Assembly: GCA_963716745.1 (NCBI GenBank)
Contig: OY970320.1
Location: forward strand, 1,024,001-1,088,000
Length of the DNA: 64,000 bases
From: an uncultured Gemmatimonadaceae bacterium
GTDB lineage: Bacteria > Gemmatimonadota > Gemmatimonadetes > Gemmatimonadales > Gemmatimonadaceae
Reading direction: 5' to 3'
Shown here piece by piece: positions 10,063 through 19,973 of the stretch. Each line of letters opens with the position of its first letter. Positions within the stretch are counted from its first letter, which is position 1. The notes under the pieces are model-generated. The model did not search any database and was not told the origin of the DNA. It saw only the letters and a list, made by a program, of their open reading frames with translations. Made by a program: the position numbers and the translations under genes.

Positions 10063-10821
10063 TCAGCGGCTGATCGTGCCCCAGACGCCGATCTTGTCGG
10101 TGGCGCCGCGGAGCTCGGAGCTCGGGAGTTCGATCACGATGGAGAGCACGTTGAACGGATGGCCGCCCGTGCCGCCCAGGATGTCCACCGCCGCGCCCGG
10201 CGCGCGGAAGCTGCTCGCGGTCGGCGTGTCGGGCAGCATCGAGAGCGGGCCCGTCACCGGCTTGCGGTCGGGGATGATCCGGAAGAACTGCTCGAGGTCA
10301 ATGAAGAAGGGATCCTGCCGTGCGCCGGCGAACACCTGCATGCCGGTGGAACTGCCGAGCACCGTGTTGATCTTGCCGCTCACCGTCGGCGTCGATGTCG
10401 AGAGCGTGTTCTGCATCGCGCCCGCGACCGGCGGCGCCATCGGGCCGCGCACTTCCACGGTCTCGTCCACGCCGGTGCCACGGAATACGACCTGGATCAC
10501 CTGATCTTCCACCGCGTCGCCGTTGTTGTCGATCTTGAACTGGTATAGCAGGTTGTTGTCGAAATCGGTGACGCCCGGCTGCGCTTCGGCCGGGGTGAGC
10601 AGCGCCCAGCTGTTGAGGATGAGCACGATGCGGCCCGGCGCCGATCCCGGGAACGCGTACACATCCGTCATGTCCATCGACGGATTCAGTTCGACGTCGG
10701 CGGTATCCTGGTGGTCCGACGCGCGCGCGTGCCTCAGGGCGACGCCGCTCGTCGCGACGATCGCGGCGAGCCCGGCGGCCCAGAGCCAGCGATGCGTCCT
10801 GACATTCGCGATCCACTTCAT
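10063..10821 (-). CDS. DUF4331-family secreted protein (N-terminal-half-like)
   Basis: ASDHQD...DMTDVYAF...LYQFKIDNNGD...FAGARQDPFFIDL...IGVWGTISR. Confidence 0.82.
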   Translation of the reverse strand: MKWIANVRTHRWLWAAGLAAIVATSGVALRHARASDHQDTADVELNPSMDMTDVYAFPGSAPGRIVLILNSWALLTPAEAQPGVTDFDNNLLYQFKIDNNGDAVEDQVIQVVFRGTGVDETVEVRGPMAPPVAGAMQNTLSTSTPTVSGKINTVLGSSTGMQVFAGARQDPFFIDLEQFFRIIPDRKPVTGPLSMLPDTPTASSFRAPGAAVDILGGTGGHPFNVLSIVIELPSSELRGATDKIGVWGTISR

Positions 10822-10896
10822 GAGTGCCTCCCGGCTTGGTAGATGGGTGCGACCACCATCTACGCCGGGAACGCCGAACTGGATCTGTGCCGCGCG

Positions 10897-11708
10897 CTAC
10901 TTGCCCGCGGCGCCCCACCAGGAAGGGCGTGGTGCTCGGCTGCTTGGAGCCGCCGGCGGGCTCGTCGGTCACCGCGATCGCGACGAGGGAATCGCTGGGG
11001 AGCGCATAGGTCGCGCGCACGAAGGCTCTCCCGTCGGGGGCGGCGGCGAAGGTGCCAGCGCTCACCTTCTGCTGGTCCTTCGTGATGAGCCAGAGTTGGT
11101 ACGTGCGGCCGGGCGCGTTCGCCGGGAGATCGTACGCGACGAACGTCCACTTGTTCGCCGGCTGGTCCCAGAACATGCGCGCGAACGGCTTTCGCACGCC
11201 GGCCGCGGCGGCATTGATGACTTTCACGCCCGGGCCGGTGAGCGCGTCGATCGTGGCTTGTTGCTCAGCGATCCTGGAATTGAGGACTTGGTACGCCGAA
11301 TCGGCGTCCGCGAGTCGAAGAGCCTCCCTCGTTTCTTCCCGCGCGACTCCCGTGTACCAGCCCCCGAGCCACCCGAGCACGAGCGCCGCCGCGAGCAATG
11401 CGTAGCGCGCCGCCGGCTGCTGGACCGGCTTCCGCACGCGCGATCCGAGCGACGGCATTCTCCTTGCTATGCGCGACGCGGCGCTGGAGCCGGGCCATCA
11501 CGCGCTCCTTGCGCTCCGGGTCCATCGGCTTGAGCGGGATGGACGAACCGACGCGCGCGGCGACGTCGCGCAGTTCGGCCAGTTCCTTCCGGCAGTCCGC
11601 GCACCAAGCGATGTGCGCTTCCACGGCCGCCGCATCCTCGGGCGACAGTGCGTCCAGCGCGGCCAGCGCGAGCAATTCGCGCGCGTCCTGATGATTCATC
11701 GCGCTCAT
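10897..11708 (-). CDS. Anti-sigma factor, RskA-like with N-terminal zinc finger (frameshifts)
   Basis: HIAWCADC (ZAS HxxxCxxC), TM helix, YQLWLI...IAVTDEPAGGSKQPS. Confidence 0.88.
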
Positions 11709-12325
11709 GACGCGCCGCCGCGATGCAGTTCCAGCGGTGCGCGCAGTTTCTCGAGCGCCAAGCGCACGCGCGTCTTCACCGTGCCGAGCGGGAGCGATGT
11801 CTTCTCGGCGATCTCGCTATGGCTCAGACCGGCGAAATACGCGAGCTCGATCACCTCACGCTGATCCGCGGGCAATACGGTGAGCGCGGCCACGACATCG
11901 CGGGCGCGCTCCCAATGTTCGGCCGACGTGTGCGCGTCCGCGTGCGCGGCCGGCGCCTCGGTGCTGAATCCCCGCTGCGGCGCAGCCTTGGTGGGAGGCT
12001 GATCGAGCGGCTCCTCGGCGCGGCGGCGGCGCGAGCGCAGCCGGTCGAGCGCCCGGCTTCGCGCGATCGTCGAGAGCCACGTGGATACTGCGCCACGCGT
12101 CCCATTGTAGCGCCCAGCCTGACGCCAAGCCTGCCAGAAGGTCTCCTCCACCACATCCTCCGCCTCGTCGGCATCGCCGAGCAGGTGAAAAGCGAGCGTG
12201 TGCACCGTGTCGACCCACCGATCGTACAACTGGCCGAGCGCCTGCTCGTCGCCGCGCGCCATGCGCGCGACCACGGCCGCGTCGGTGTTCTCATCATACG
12301 TGTGCTGATCGGGAGGCGGATTCAT
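11705..12325 (-). CDS. ECF RNA polymerase sigma factor (SigK-like)
   Basis: AEDVVEETF, WLSTIARSRALDRLR, LAYFAGLSHSEIA...LGTVKTRVR. Confidence 0.95.
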   Translation of the reverse strand: MNPPPDQHTYDENTDAAVVARMARGDEQALGQLYDRWVDTVHTLAFHLLGDADEAEDVVEETFWQAWRQAGRYNGTRGAVSTWLSTIARSRALDRLRSRRRRAEEPLDQPPTKAAPQRGFSTEAPAAHADAHTSAEHWERARDVVAALTVLPADQREVIELAYFAGLSHSEIAEKTSLPLGTVKTRVRLALEKLRAPLELHRGGAS

Positions 12326-12436
12326 TCTTCCATCAATGTAGACCGGTGGTCGCGGCGCGCCAGACCGCGCTCTGGCGCAATTTTCCGGCGGCCGATAGTA
12401 TCGCGAAGCATCCCGACCATTCGATCAGGAGGCTCC

Positions 12437-13018
12437 ATGCGCCGTCGCCTGCTCGCTCCCGCGATCCTCGTTGCCGCGCTCGGCGCGTGCGTCACCGCGA
12501 GCGTGGAATCGCATCCGATCTCGCCGGCCGATCTGTACGCGCCGGGCAAGGGCGACACGCTCGAGGGCGTGATCTTCTATCAGCCGCGCCCGTACATGCT
12601 GACGTACGTGTTCACGCAGTTCGATCCGGCCGTGTCGAAGAACCCGGCGGACAAGAACGTTCCAGCCACCGACAGCTGCTGGCGCACCGTGCAGCATACG
12701 GAGCTATTGATCCTGCCGGATTTCGCGCACCCGCGCATCATGACGCCGGTGCGCCACGGGATCGGCACCGTGAAGCTCTCGGTGACCATGTCGGGCGGAC
12801 TGATCACGGCGGTGAATTCGGACGGGACATCCACCGCGGCGGATGCACTGAAGGCGATCACCGGAGGAGTGGCGGATATCGCGGGCGCCGTGCGTGCGGT
12901 GGCGCCGGTGCCGCCGAATGCGCGGCGGTGCAATACGGGCGCCGTGTTGTCCGTGATCGAGCCGGTGGATTGGGCGAAGCTGCCGATCCGGTTCGGGCGT
13001 GATACGGCTAACTACTAA
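12437..13018 (+). CDS. Hypothetical lipoprotein
   Basis: AGGAGG RBS; MRRRLLAPAILVAALGAC lipobox. Confidence 0.7.
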   Translation: MRRRLLAPAILVAALGACVTASVESHPISPADLYAPGKGDTLEGVIFYQPRPYMLTYVFTQFDPAVSKNPADKNVPATDSCWRTVQHTELLILPDFAHPRIMTPVRHGIGTVKLSVTMSGGLITAVNSDGTSTAADALKAITGGVADIAGAVRAVAPVPPNARRCNTGAVLSVIEPVDWAKLPIRFGRDTANY

Positions 13019-13024
13019 CTACGC

Positions 13025-13130
13025 CGGGGCTCGGGACTCGGGACTCGCCGCGGGACGCGAGAGATGCGCGATGGAACCATCGCGCACTTCTCGAATCCCG
13101 CGGCGCTAGTCCCGAGCTCCCGAGTCCCGC
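13025..13130. repeat. Palindromic element family C, copy 2
   Basis: ggggctcgggactcgggactcgccgcgggacgcg...cccgcggcgctagtcccgagctcccgagtcccg, between convergent genes. Confidence 0.85.
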
Positions 13131-13142
13131 GTAGTTAGTGCG

Positions 13143-15249
13143 TTAAGCTTTCTTCTCCAGATACGCCGCCGTCGCTGAGTCCGCGACCATCCAACTCGAG
13201 TGCAGCAAGAACCCGTGTATCTCATCCGGGAACACGATCAGCTCGTATGACACCCCCGCCGCGTCGAGGCGGCGCGCGAGGTCAACGGTCTGCGCGAAAT
13301 GCACGTTCCCGTCGGCATCGCCCTGGATGAGCAGCACCGGACTCTTCCAGCCGGCGATCGAACTCACGGGCGATGACCGCCACGCGACAGCCTTGGCGCT
13401 GTCGAGATCGCCGCGCTCGTAACGCCATCCCGGCGGCGCGTACGCATCGCGGATGTCGGACAGCCAGTCGTGCACGCCGTGCAAGTCCACGCCGGCGGCG
13501 AACACGTTCGAGTTCTTCGCGAGCGCCATCGCGGTAAGGAAGCCGCCGTACGATCCGCCCCAAATGCCCACGCGCTTCGGATCCACGTTCGGCAGCGCCG
13601 CCAGATATTTCCCGGCCGCGAGCACGTCCTGGTACTCTGCGGCGCCCGCCGGTCCCGCGTGCGGCGGATGATGGAAATCATGTCCGTAGCCGATGCCCAG
13701 CCGATAGTTAACAGTCACCACCACGAATCCCCGGCTCGCGAGATACTGATTCACCGCATAGCCGTTCGAGTAGTAGTCCATGTAGTGCCAGCCGAGCATC
13801 ATTCTGACGCGGCGGACCGCCGTGCACGAACACGACGGCGGGGCGCTTGCCGGCGAAGGCCGGGTTCTCGAAGAGCTGACCGTGGACCACCGTGCCGTCG
13901 GCCGCCTTGTATGACACGGCTTTGGGGATCACGAATCCCACTCCGGGCCAGTCGGCCGGCAGACGATCTTCGCCAATGAGGCGCGGCCCCTGCGCGGAGC
14001 CGAACGTGTAGACCGCCGGGAGCGGCGGCCGTTGTGCCTCGGAAGAGATGAACACCACGTCCTTCATGTCGCCGGTGATCACCGGCGTCCACTGGATGCC
14101 AGCGCCCCTCGTGATCGCCGTGAGTTCGGTGCGGTCCACGGCGAGCCGGAAGATGTGCCGCCGCTCATCGTCGCCCGCGTAGCCGCCGGTATTCGCGCTG
14201 TACACGATGAACTTGTGATCGCTCGACATCGACACGTGCTCCACCATGAAATTCCCGGCGGTGAGCAGCGTGGGTGCGCCACCCGCGGCGGGCACGCTGT
14301 ACAGATGCGGCCAATTGTCGAGATCGGCGAGGAAGATCAGCACGTCGCCCGCGCCCCACGCCAGATTCGCACTGCCGGCGGTCTCGGGGAACGATCCGTG
14401 CAGCGTCTTGGGACTCTGCCACGCGAGGTGGTCCGCGCCCGTCGCGACATCCGCGACACGAATGGACCACGGCGATGGCGTGAGCTTGAGGTACGAGTCC
14501 GGCGCGCCGCCCTGCCCCGGCACGCGGACGAACGCGATGCGCTTCCCATCGGGCGACCATTTGGGACTGAAATCGTACGACGCCGCCGGCGCGAGGAAAC
14601 GGATCGGCGCGGAATCGGAGGTGAAGACGCCGATGAACGAGTGATCGCCGCGCTCCGAGACGAACGCGAGCTGCGAACCATCGGGCGAGAATGTCAGCTC
14701 GCTGTTCGTGCCACGCGCGTAGAACAATTGCGCGGCGGGTTTGCCGCTGGTGAGTGACACCCAGTACACCTGGCCGCCGCGCGTGAACACCACGCGGTCG
14801 CCCTTGGGTGACACGACGGGCGCGTCGCCCTCGGTGAGCAGCCGTGGCGCCGAATCCGCCGCGACATTCACCGCCCAGATCCCGACTCTCGGCTGCACCG
14901 TGCCGAGCGTGGGATTCGGCGCGTCGTTCGGCCAATTCGAATCGTGATCGCCGCCGCGCACGAACACCACCGTCTTGCCATCGGGCGTGAAGGCAAGTTG
15001 GCCGAGTTCCTGACCGTCCTCCACCACGTAGCGCGTGAGTTTGCGCGCGGCCCAGTCGGGTGCTTGTGCCTCGTAGATATTCCGAACGCCCTGCTCATTG
15101 AACACCCACGCGACCGCAGCGCCGTTGGGTGCGGCGGTGAGTTCCAAGGGATACGGATAACTCAGCGCTTGCTTGAGCGTGAAGGAGGGAGGGGATTGGG
15201 CGCTGAGTGAGAACGCCGCGGCTGCAGAGAGAACGAGAAGCTTCTTCAT
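13143..15249 (-). CDS. S9 family prolyl oligopeptidase with PD40 propeller (frameshift near 13802)
   Basis: Signal peptide, FSPDG/WSPDG repeats, VHGGP, GGSYGG, QGDADGNV, DEIHGF. Confidence 0.92.
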
Positions 15250-15299
15250 GGAGGCCTCGATGGGAGTCGGGCGGAATATGCGGTACGAAGGGCGTGCAT

Positions 15300-15438
15300 G
15301 GAACCGCTGACGGCGTTCGCGGTACCGCGAACGGCGCGCGTGGCGTTGGCGTTGGGAGCGGCGGGCAGCACGGAGAAGCAGTCCCATACGCCAACGCTAA
15401 CGCGCCGTTGGCGGTACCACCCGCGCCGTTAGCGGTCA
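15300..15438. repeat. Palindromic element family A, copy 1
   Basis: GGTACCGC(T/G)AACGGCG ~21-bp units and GGCGTTGGCGTTGGG...CCAACGCTAAC inverted arms. Confidence 0.85.
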
Positions 15439-17670
15439 GTTCCCGACCCGTTCCCGTAAAGCGATGAACCTCGGCTCCGCGCGGATCTCGATCATCCGTG
15501 AGTCGGTCTTGAGGAGCATCATAGAATGTGATTTCTCCTCGTACGCCTTCTCGAGCAATTCGAACGTGCGTTCCTTATCGCCCAGTGCCAGGTGTACCGT
15601 GGCGAGTTCGAAGCTCGAGACGTACCGCTGCTTCGCGACCTCGGCGAGTTCGCCAAGCAGCGTTTCCGCTTCGGCGCGGTGACCGGCGAGCGCGTGGACA
15701 CGCGCGAGTGCGGCGAGCATCGTGGGATTCCGTTGCGAGAGCGCGACCGATCGCTCCATCTGCGCCTGCGCTTCGGAGAGGCGGCCCAGCGCCGCGTAGT
15801 TCAGGCCCATCCACCAGGTGGCGACCAGGAAGTCCTCGTCGAGATCGAGCGCGGCGCGATAGTGCGGGATCGCCTCCTCGAAGCGGCCGGCCAGATGGTA
15901 GCAATGACCCATCGCGGCGAGCATGATGAGCGCGAGCGGCTCGAGTTCCAGCGCCTGCCGCGTGAACGCGAGCGCCTCCTCCGTGAAACCCCGCAGCATC
16001 TGCAGATTCCCATAATAGAACGGCGCCGTCGGATAACGCGGGTTCAATACCATCGCGCGTTTGAGGTCGCGCGCCGACCCATCGAGATCCCAATCGTAGT
16101 ACAGCTTCGCGTATCCCCGCGCCGCGTACGCCTCCGCGACCGTCGGGTCCAGCTCGCACGCTCGATCCATGGCCGCGTGCGCGAGCGGGAATGCCTCGCG
16201 TGGCGCCATGTAGTCCCAGAAGCCCAAAATGTTATAGCTGTCAGCCAGCCCCACATGGGCGCGCGCATACGTCGGATCCTTCGCGATCGCCTGTTCGAAA
16301 TAACCGACTCCCCGCCGCAGCGCCGTCTCGTTCCGCTTCGCCCAGTAGTAGCGGCCCTTCAGATAGAGCGCATACGCATCGACGTTCTCGGTGGGCTTCT
16401 TCACGAGCGTCGCATCGGGGTCGCCGAGTAGCTTGATCTTGAGCACGTCCACGATCGCGCGCGCGATCTCATCCTGGATCGCGAACACATCGTGCAGCTC
16501 ACGGTCGAACGTGTCGCTCCACAGGTGGTAGCCATCGGCGACGTCGATGAGCTGCGCGGTGATCCGCAGACGCGTGCCCGACCGGCGCACGCTCCCCTCG
16601 AGCACCGCGGCGACGTTCAGCCGCTCGCCGATCACGCGCACATCCTCGGTCTTGCCCTTGAACGCGAACGCACTCGTGCGCGCGGCGACGCGCAGCGACG
16701 GGATGCGCGTGAGCGCGTTGATGATCTCTTCGCTGATGCCGTCGCTGAAGTACTCGTTCTCGGCGTCGGCGCTCATGTTCGCGAAGGCAAGCACCGCGAT
16801 GGACTTCGCCATCGCCGGGCCGGCGCGCGCGGGGGTGACCTCCGTCGACGCCAGCGCCGTGCCGAATTCGGCGGCGGTGGAGTACCGATCGTCCGGCCGC
16901 TTGGACATTGCGCGCGCGAGCGCCTGCACGACGCCGTCAGGCGCCGCCGCGCTCACGCGCCGGAGACTCGGCGCCGTCTCGGTGAATCGCTTGATCATCA
17001 CCGCCTGCGATGTGGCGCCCATGAAGGGCGGCTCGCCCGCGATCATCTCGTACGCCATGGAGGCGAGGGAGTAGATGTCGCTGCGCCCATCCACGTCGGC
17101 ATCGCCCGCGATCTGCTCGGGGCTCATATAGGCGGGTGTCCCGATCGCGAGCCCCGCCTCGGTGAGCGTGGACGTGCCCGACCCGCTCACCGCCTTCGCG
17201 ATCCCGAAGTCCGCCACGAGCGCTTCGCCGTCCTGCAGCAGGATGTTCTCGGGCTTCACGTCGCGGTGGATCACGCCGCGGCGGTGCGCGTAGTCCAGCG
17301 CGGACGCGACGGCGCGCGCGATGCGGATCGTCTCGCCGGGTGAGAGCCTCCCCTCGCGCAGCATGCGCGCGCGCAGCGTCTCGCCCTCGATGAGCGGCAT
17401 CACATAGTACAGGAGCCCGTTGCACTCTCCCGAATCGTGCACCGGCACGATGTGCGGATGCTGCAATCCGGCTGCGATCGTGATCTCGCGCAGGAACCGG
17501 TCGGGCCCGACCGCCGCCGAGACATCGGGTCGCAGCACCTTGAGCGCGACGCGCCGGTCGAGCTTCACATCACGCGCGACGAAGACGACGGCCATGCCGC
17601 CGTGGCCGATCTCCTTCTCGACGATATAACGGTCGCCAACACCGGCGTGGAGGCGTTCGATCAATTCCAT
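15436..17670 (-). CDS. Hanks-type Ser/Thr kinase with TolB_N-like and TPR domains
   Basis: GHGGMAVV, VALKVL, HRDVKPEN, DFG, GTPAYMSPEQ; SIAVLAFANMS...YFSDGISEE; TPRs. Confidence 0.95.
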   Translation of the reverse strand: MELIERLHAGVGDRYIVEKEIGHGGMAVVFVARDVKLDRRVALKVLRPDVSAAVGPDRFLREITIAAGLQHPHIVPVHDSGECNGLLYYVMPLIEGETLRARMLREGRLSPGETIRIARAVASALDYAHRRGVIHRDVKPENILLQDGEALVADFGIAKAVSGSGTSTLTEAGLAIGTPAYMSPEQIAGDADVDGRSDIYSLASMAYEMIAGEPPFMGATSQAVMIKRFTETAPSLRRVSAAAPDGVVQALARAMSKRPDDRYSTAAEFGTALASTEVTPARAGPAMAKSIAVLAFANMSADAENEYFSDGISEEIINALTRIPSLRVAARTSAFAFKGKTEDVRVIGERLNVAAVLEGSVRRSGTRLRITAQLIDVADGYHLWSDTFDRELHDVFAIQDEIARAIVDVLKIKLLGDPDATLVKKPTENVDAYALYLKGRYYWAKRNETALRRGVGYFEQAIAKDPTYARAHVGLADSYNILGFWDYMAPREAFPLAHAAMDRACELDPTVAEAYAARGYAKLYYDWDLDGSARDLKRAMVLNPRYPTAPFYYGNLQMLRGFTEEALAFTRQALELEPLALIMLAAMGHCYHLAGRFEEAIPHYRAALDLDEDFLVATWWMGLNYAALGRLSEAQAQMERSVALSQRNPTMLAALARVHALAGHRAEAETLLGELAEVAKQRYVSSFELATVHLALGDKERTFELLEKAYEEKSHSMMLLKTDSRMIEIRAEPRFIALRERVGN

Positions 17671-17702
17671 GGGCCACAATCTAGCTTCTTAGGGCGTGTG
17701 TC

Positions 17703-17867
17703 GAACCGCTGACGGCGGGGTTGGTACCGCCAGACGGCGGGACGTGGCACCGTTGGCGTTCGGGATTGGCATTGGGACCTCCAAGGAGCCCGCGGTACCG
17801 AACGTCAACGCCACCACGCCGCATCGGTACCAATCCCGCCGTTCAGCGGTGCCAGCACCGCAGTTCA
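17703..17867. repeat. Palindromic element family A, copy 2
   Basis: gaaccgctgacggcggggttggtaccg...ggtaccaatcccgccgttcagcggt. Confidence 0.85.
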
Positions 17868-18773
17868 GGCCCTCACGAAATCCTTCCCCTCATGCCCGAA
17901 CTTGAACGCCTCAGGATGCAGGATCTCTGCGAGTATCTCCGCACTCTCGACGATCCTCGGCCCGGAGCGGTTGAAGTATGCGTTCCCATCGGCGAGGTAC
18001 ACTCGCCCCGCGCGCACGGCCGGCAGCTCCTTCCAGCCGTGGATTTGAGTCAGCGCCGGATACTCCTCCCTTGTGCGATCGAGATCGAATCCGCACGGCG
18101 TCACCACGATCACGTCCGGTGCTGCCGCGGCCAACGCGGAGGGCTCGCATACCGGACTGTGCACACCCGGCTTGCCGAGCAGCGGCACGCCGCCGGCGAT
18201 CTCGACCAGCTCGGGCATCCAATTGCCGCCGGTGAAGATCGGCGCGATCCACTCGATCACGGCGACGCGCGGATGAGGCAAACCGCGCGACGTCGCCGCG
18301 ACCGCGTCCAGACGTCCGCGGAGCGACCTGATCAATTCCTCGCCGCGCTGCGGAATCCCGATCGCCGCGGCGACTCTGGCGATGTCGCCCCAGATGTCGG
18401 CGAGCGTGTACGGCGAGAGATCGACGATCGGCGTCTCGTGACCCAGCCACGCGCCGCAGGTGGCCGCGAGATCGCCGGGACTCACGGCGCAAACCTCACA
18501 CTGGGTCTGGGTGACTAATACATCGGGGGCCAGACCACGCAGCTTCTCCGAGTCCACGCGATAGACCGAGAGTCCTTCCTGAAGCACCGCTTGCACCTGC
18601 TGGTGGATCTCGTAGCTCGTGCCATCGAACGGATACTTCGGCGACGTGACCTGGGGGAGCGCTTTCACGCCGGCGGGGTAGTCACACTCATGCGAGCGGC
18701 CGACGAGGAGGCGCTGTTCGCCAAGAGCGCAGACGATCTCGGTGCCCGATGCAAGAAGAGAGACGATACGCAT
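17865..18773 (-). CDS. Cobalamin/iron-siderophore-type periplasmic binding protein (TroA/BtuF-like)
   Basis: MRIVSLLASGTEIVCALG...VGRSHECDYP...TQTQCEVCAV...YFNRSGPRIVES. Confidence 0.88.
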   Translation of the reverse strand: MRIVSLLASGTEIVCALGEQRLLVGRSHECDYPAGVKALPQVTSPKYPFDGTSYEIHQQVQAVLQEGLSVYRVDSEKLRGLAPDVLVTQTQCEVCAVSPGDLAATCGAWLGHETPIVDLSPYTLADIWGDIARVAAAIGIPQRGEELIRSLRGRLDAVAATSRGLPHPRVAVIEWIAPIFTGGNWMPELVEIAGGVPLLGKPGVHSPVCEPSALAAAAPDVIVVTPCGFDLDRTREEYPALTQIHGWKELPAVRAGRVYLADGNAYFNRSGPRIVESAEILAEILHPEAFKFGHEGKDFVRA

Positions 18774-18833
18774 AGTTTGAAAACTAACAGTCGTTGGTCG
18801 TACGCGTTTGGAACTGACCGGAGCGAAATCGTC

Positions 18834-19838
18834 ATGAGAATGCGAATGCTGTCCCTGGCCGCGCTCCTGCTCTGCGCACATACGCTCCCCGCCCAGGACG
18901 CGCCGGCGATGCCGCATGTGGATCGCGTGCGCATCGCGGAGGCGTTCCGGCTCGCGGATGCGGTGCAGGACAAGATCTGGCCGGGCTGGAGCAGCGCGCC
19001 GTTCGCGGTACTGCTCGTCACGCCGAAGTATGAATTCCTGATCCGGCATCCGAAGCCGAGCGAGGATTTCACGCTCATCGGGTACGACAGTGTGATGCAG
19101 GAGAAAGTGTGGTATCGCGAGCGGCAGTATTCCGTGAGTTTCCTCGCGACGTTCCCGGCGGTGGGCGGCGTGCCGACGATCGTGATCGGCGAGGCGGAGT
19201 ACACCACGGCGAAGACCAGCACGCCGTGGGTGGTCACGCTGGTACACGAGCACTTCCATCAGCTGCAATATTCACGGCCCGGTTACTACGACGGCGTGAC
19301 CGCGCTCGGCCTCTCGCACGGCGATCAGTCGGGGATGTGGATGCTGAACTTCCCGTTCCCCTATGCGGATTCAGCGGCGCAAGTGAGGTTCGCCGCCGCC
19401 GCGCGCGCACTGGGCGCTGCGTTGAACGCGCGCGGACAGCCACGTTTCCCGGCGGCCGTGGCTGCGTTCCGCCGCGACGACAGAGCGTTCATGTCGAGAG
19501 TGGCTGCGGAGAGTGCGAAGTACTTCGCCTTCCAGTTGTGGCAGGAGGGGATAGCGCGTTATACCGAGTATCGCGTGGCGGCCGCGGCGTCGAGGGGCTA
19601 CGAGCCCGGCCGCGAATTCAAGGCGCTCAAGGATTACACCGCGTACTCCGCGGTCGCGGCGAGCGTGCTGCGCAACATTGAGTCGGAACTCGCGAACGAG
19701 CAGCTCGGGCGGGATCAGCGAGTGGTCGTGTACAATTACGGCGCGTCGATCGGCTTGCTGCTGGACCACGCGGAGCCGAAGTGGCAGGCGAAGTATTTCG
19801 CGGAGCCGTTCGATCTTGAGAGGTACTTCAATCACTGA
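18834..19838 (+). CDS. Secreted HEXXH metallopeptidase-like protein
   Basis: Signal peptide; VHEHFHQLQ and downstream EGIARYTE (gluzincin-like). Confidence 0.75.
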   Translation: MRMRMLSLAALLLCAHTLPAQDAPAMPHVDRVRIAEAFRLADAVQDKIWPGWSSAPFAVLLVTPKYEFLIRHPKPSEDFTLIGYDSVMQEKVWYRERQYSVSFLATFPAVGGVPTIVIGEAEYTTAKTSTPWVVTLVHEHFHQLQYSRPGYYDGVTALGLSHGDQSGMWMLNFPFPYADSAAQVRFAAAARALGAALNARGQPRFPAAVAAFRRDDRAFMSRVAAESAKYFAFQLWQEGIARYTEYRVAAAASRGYEPGREFKALKDYTAYSAVAASVLRNIESELANEQLGRDQRVVVYNYGASIGLLLDHAEPKWQAKYFAEPFDLERYFNH

Positions 19839-19847
19839 TCAAGCAGG

Positions 19848-19934
19848 ACTGCGGGACTGGCACCGCTAACGGCGGGATTGGCGTTGGGGGTCAACCTGCG
19901 CGGGTCCGGTCACCAACGCTAATCCCGCCTCCAG
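19848..19934. repeat. Palindromic element family A, copy 3
   Basis: actgcgggactggcaccgctaacggcgggattggcgttgg...ccaacgctaatcccgcc...ggtaccagttccgcggt. Confidence 0.85.
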
Positions 19935-19973
19935 CGGTACCAGTTCCGCGGTCAGCGGTGCGACTCACGCCTT

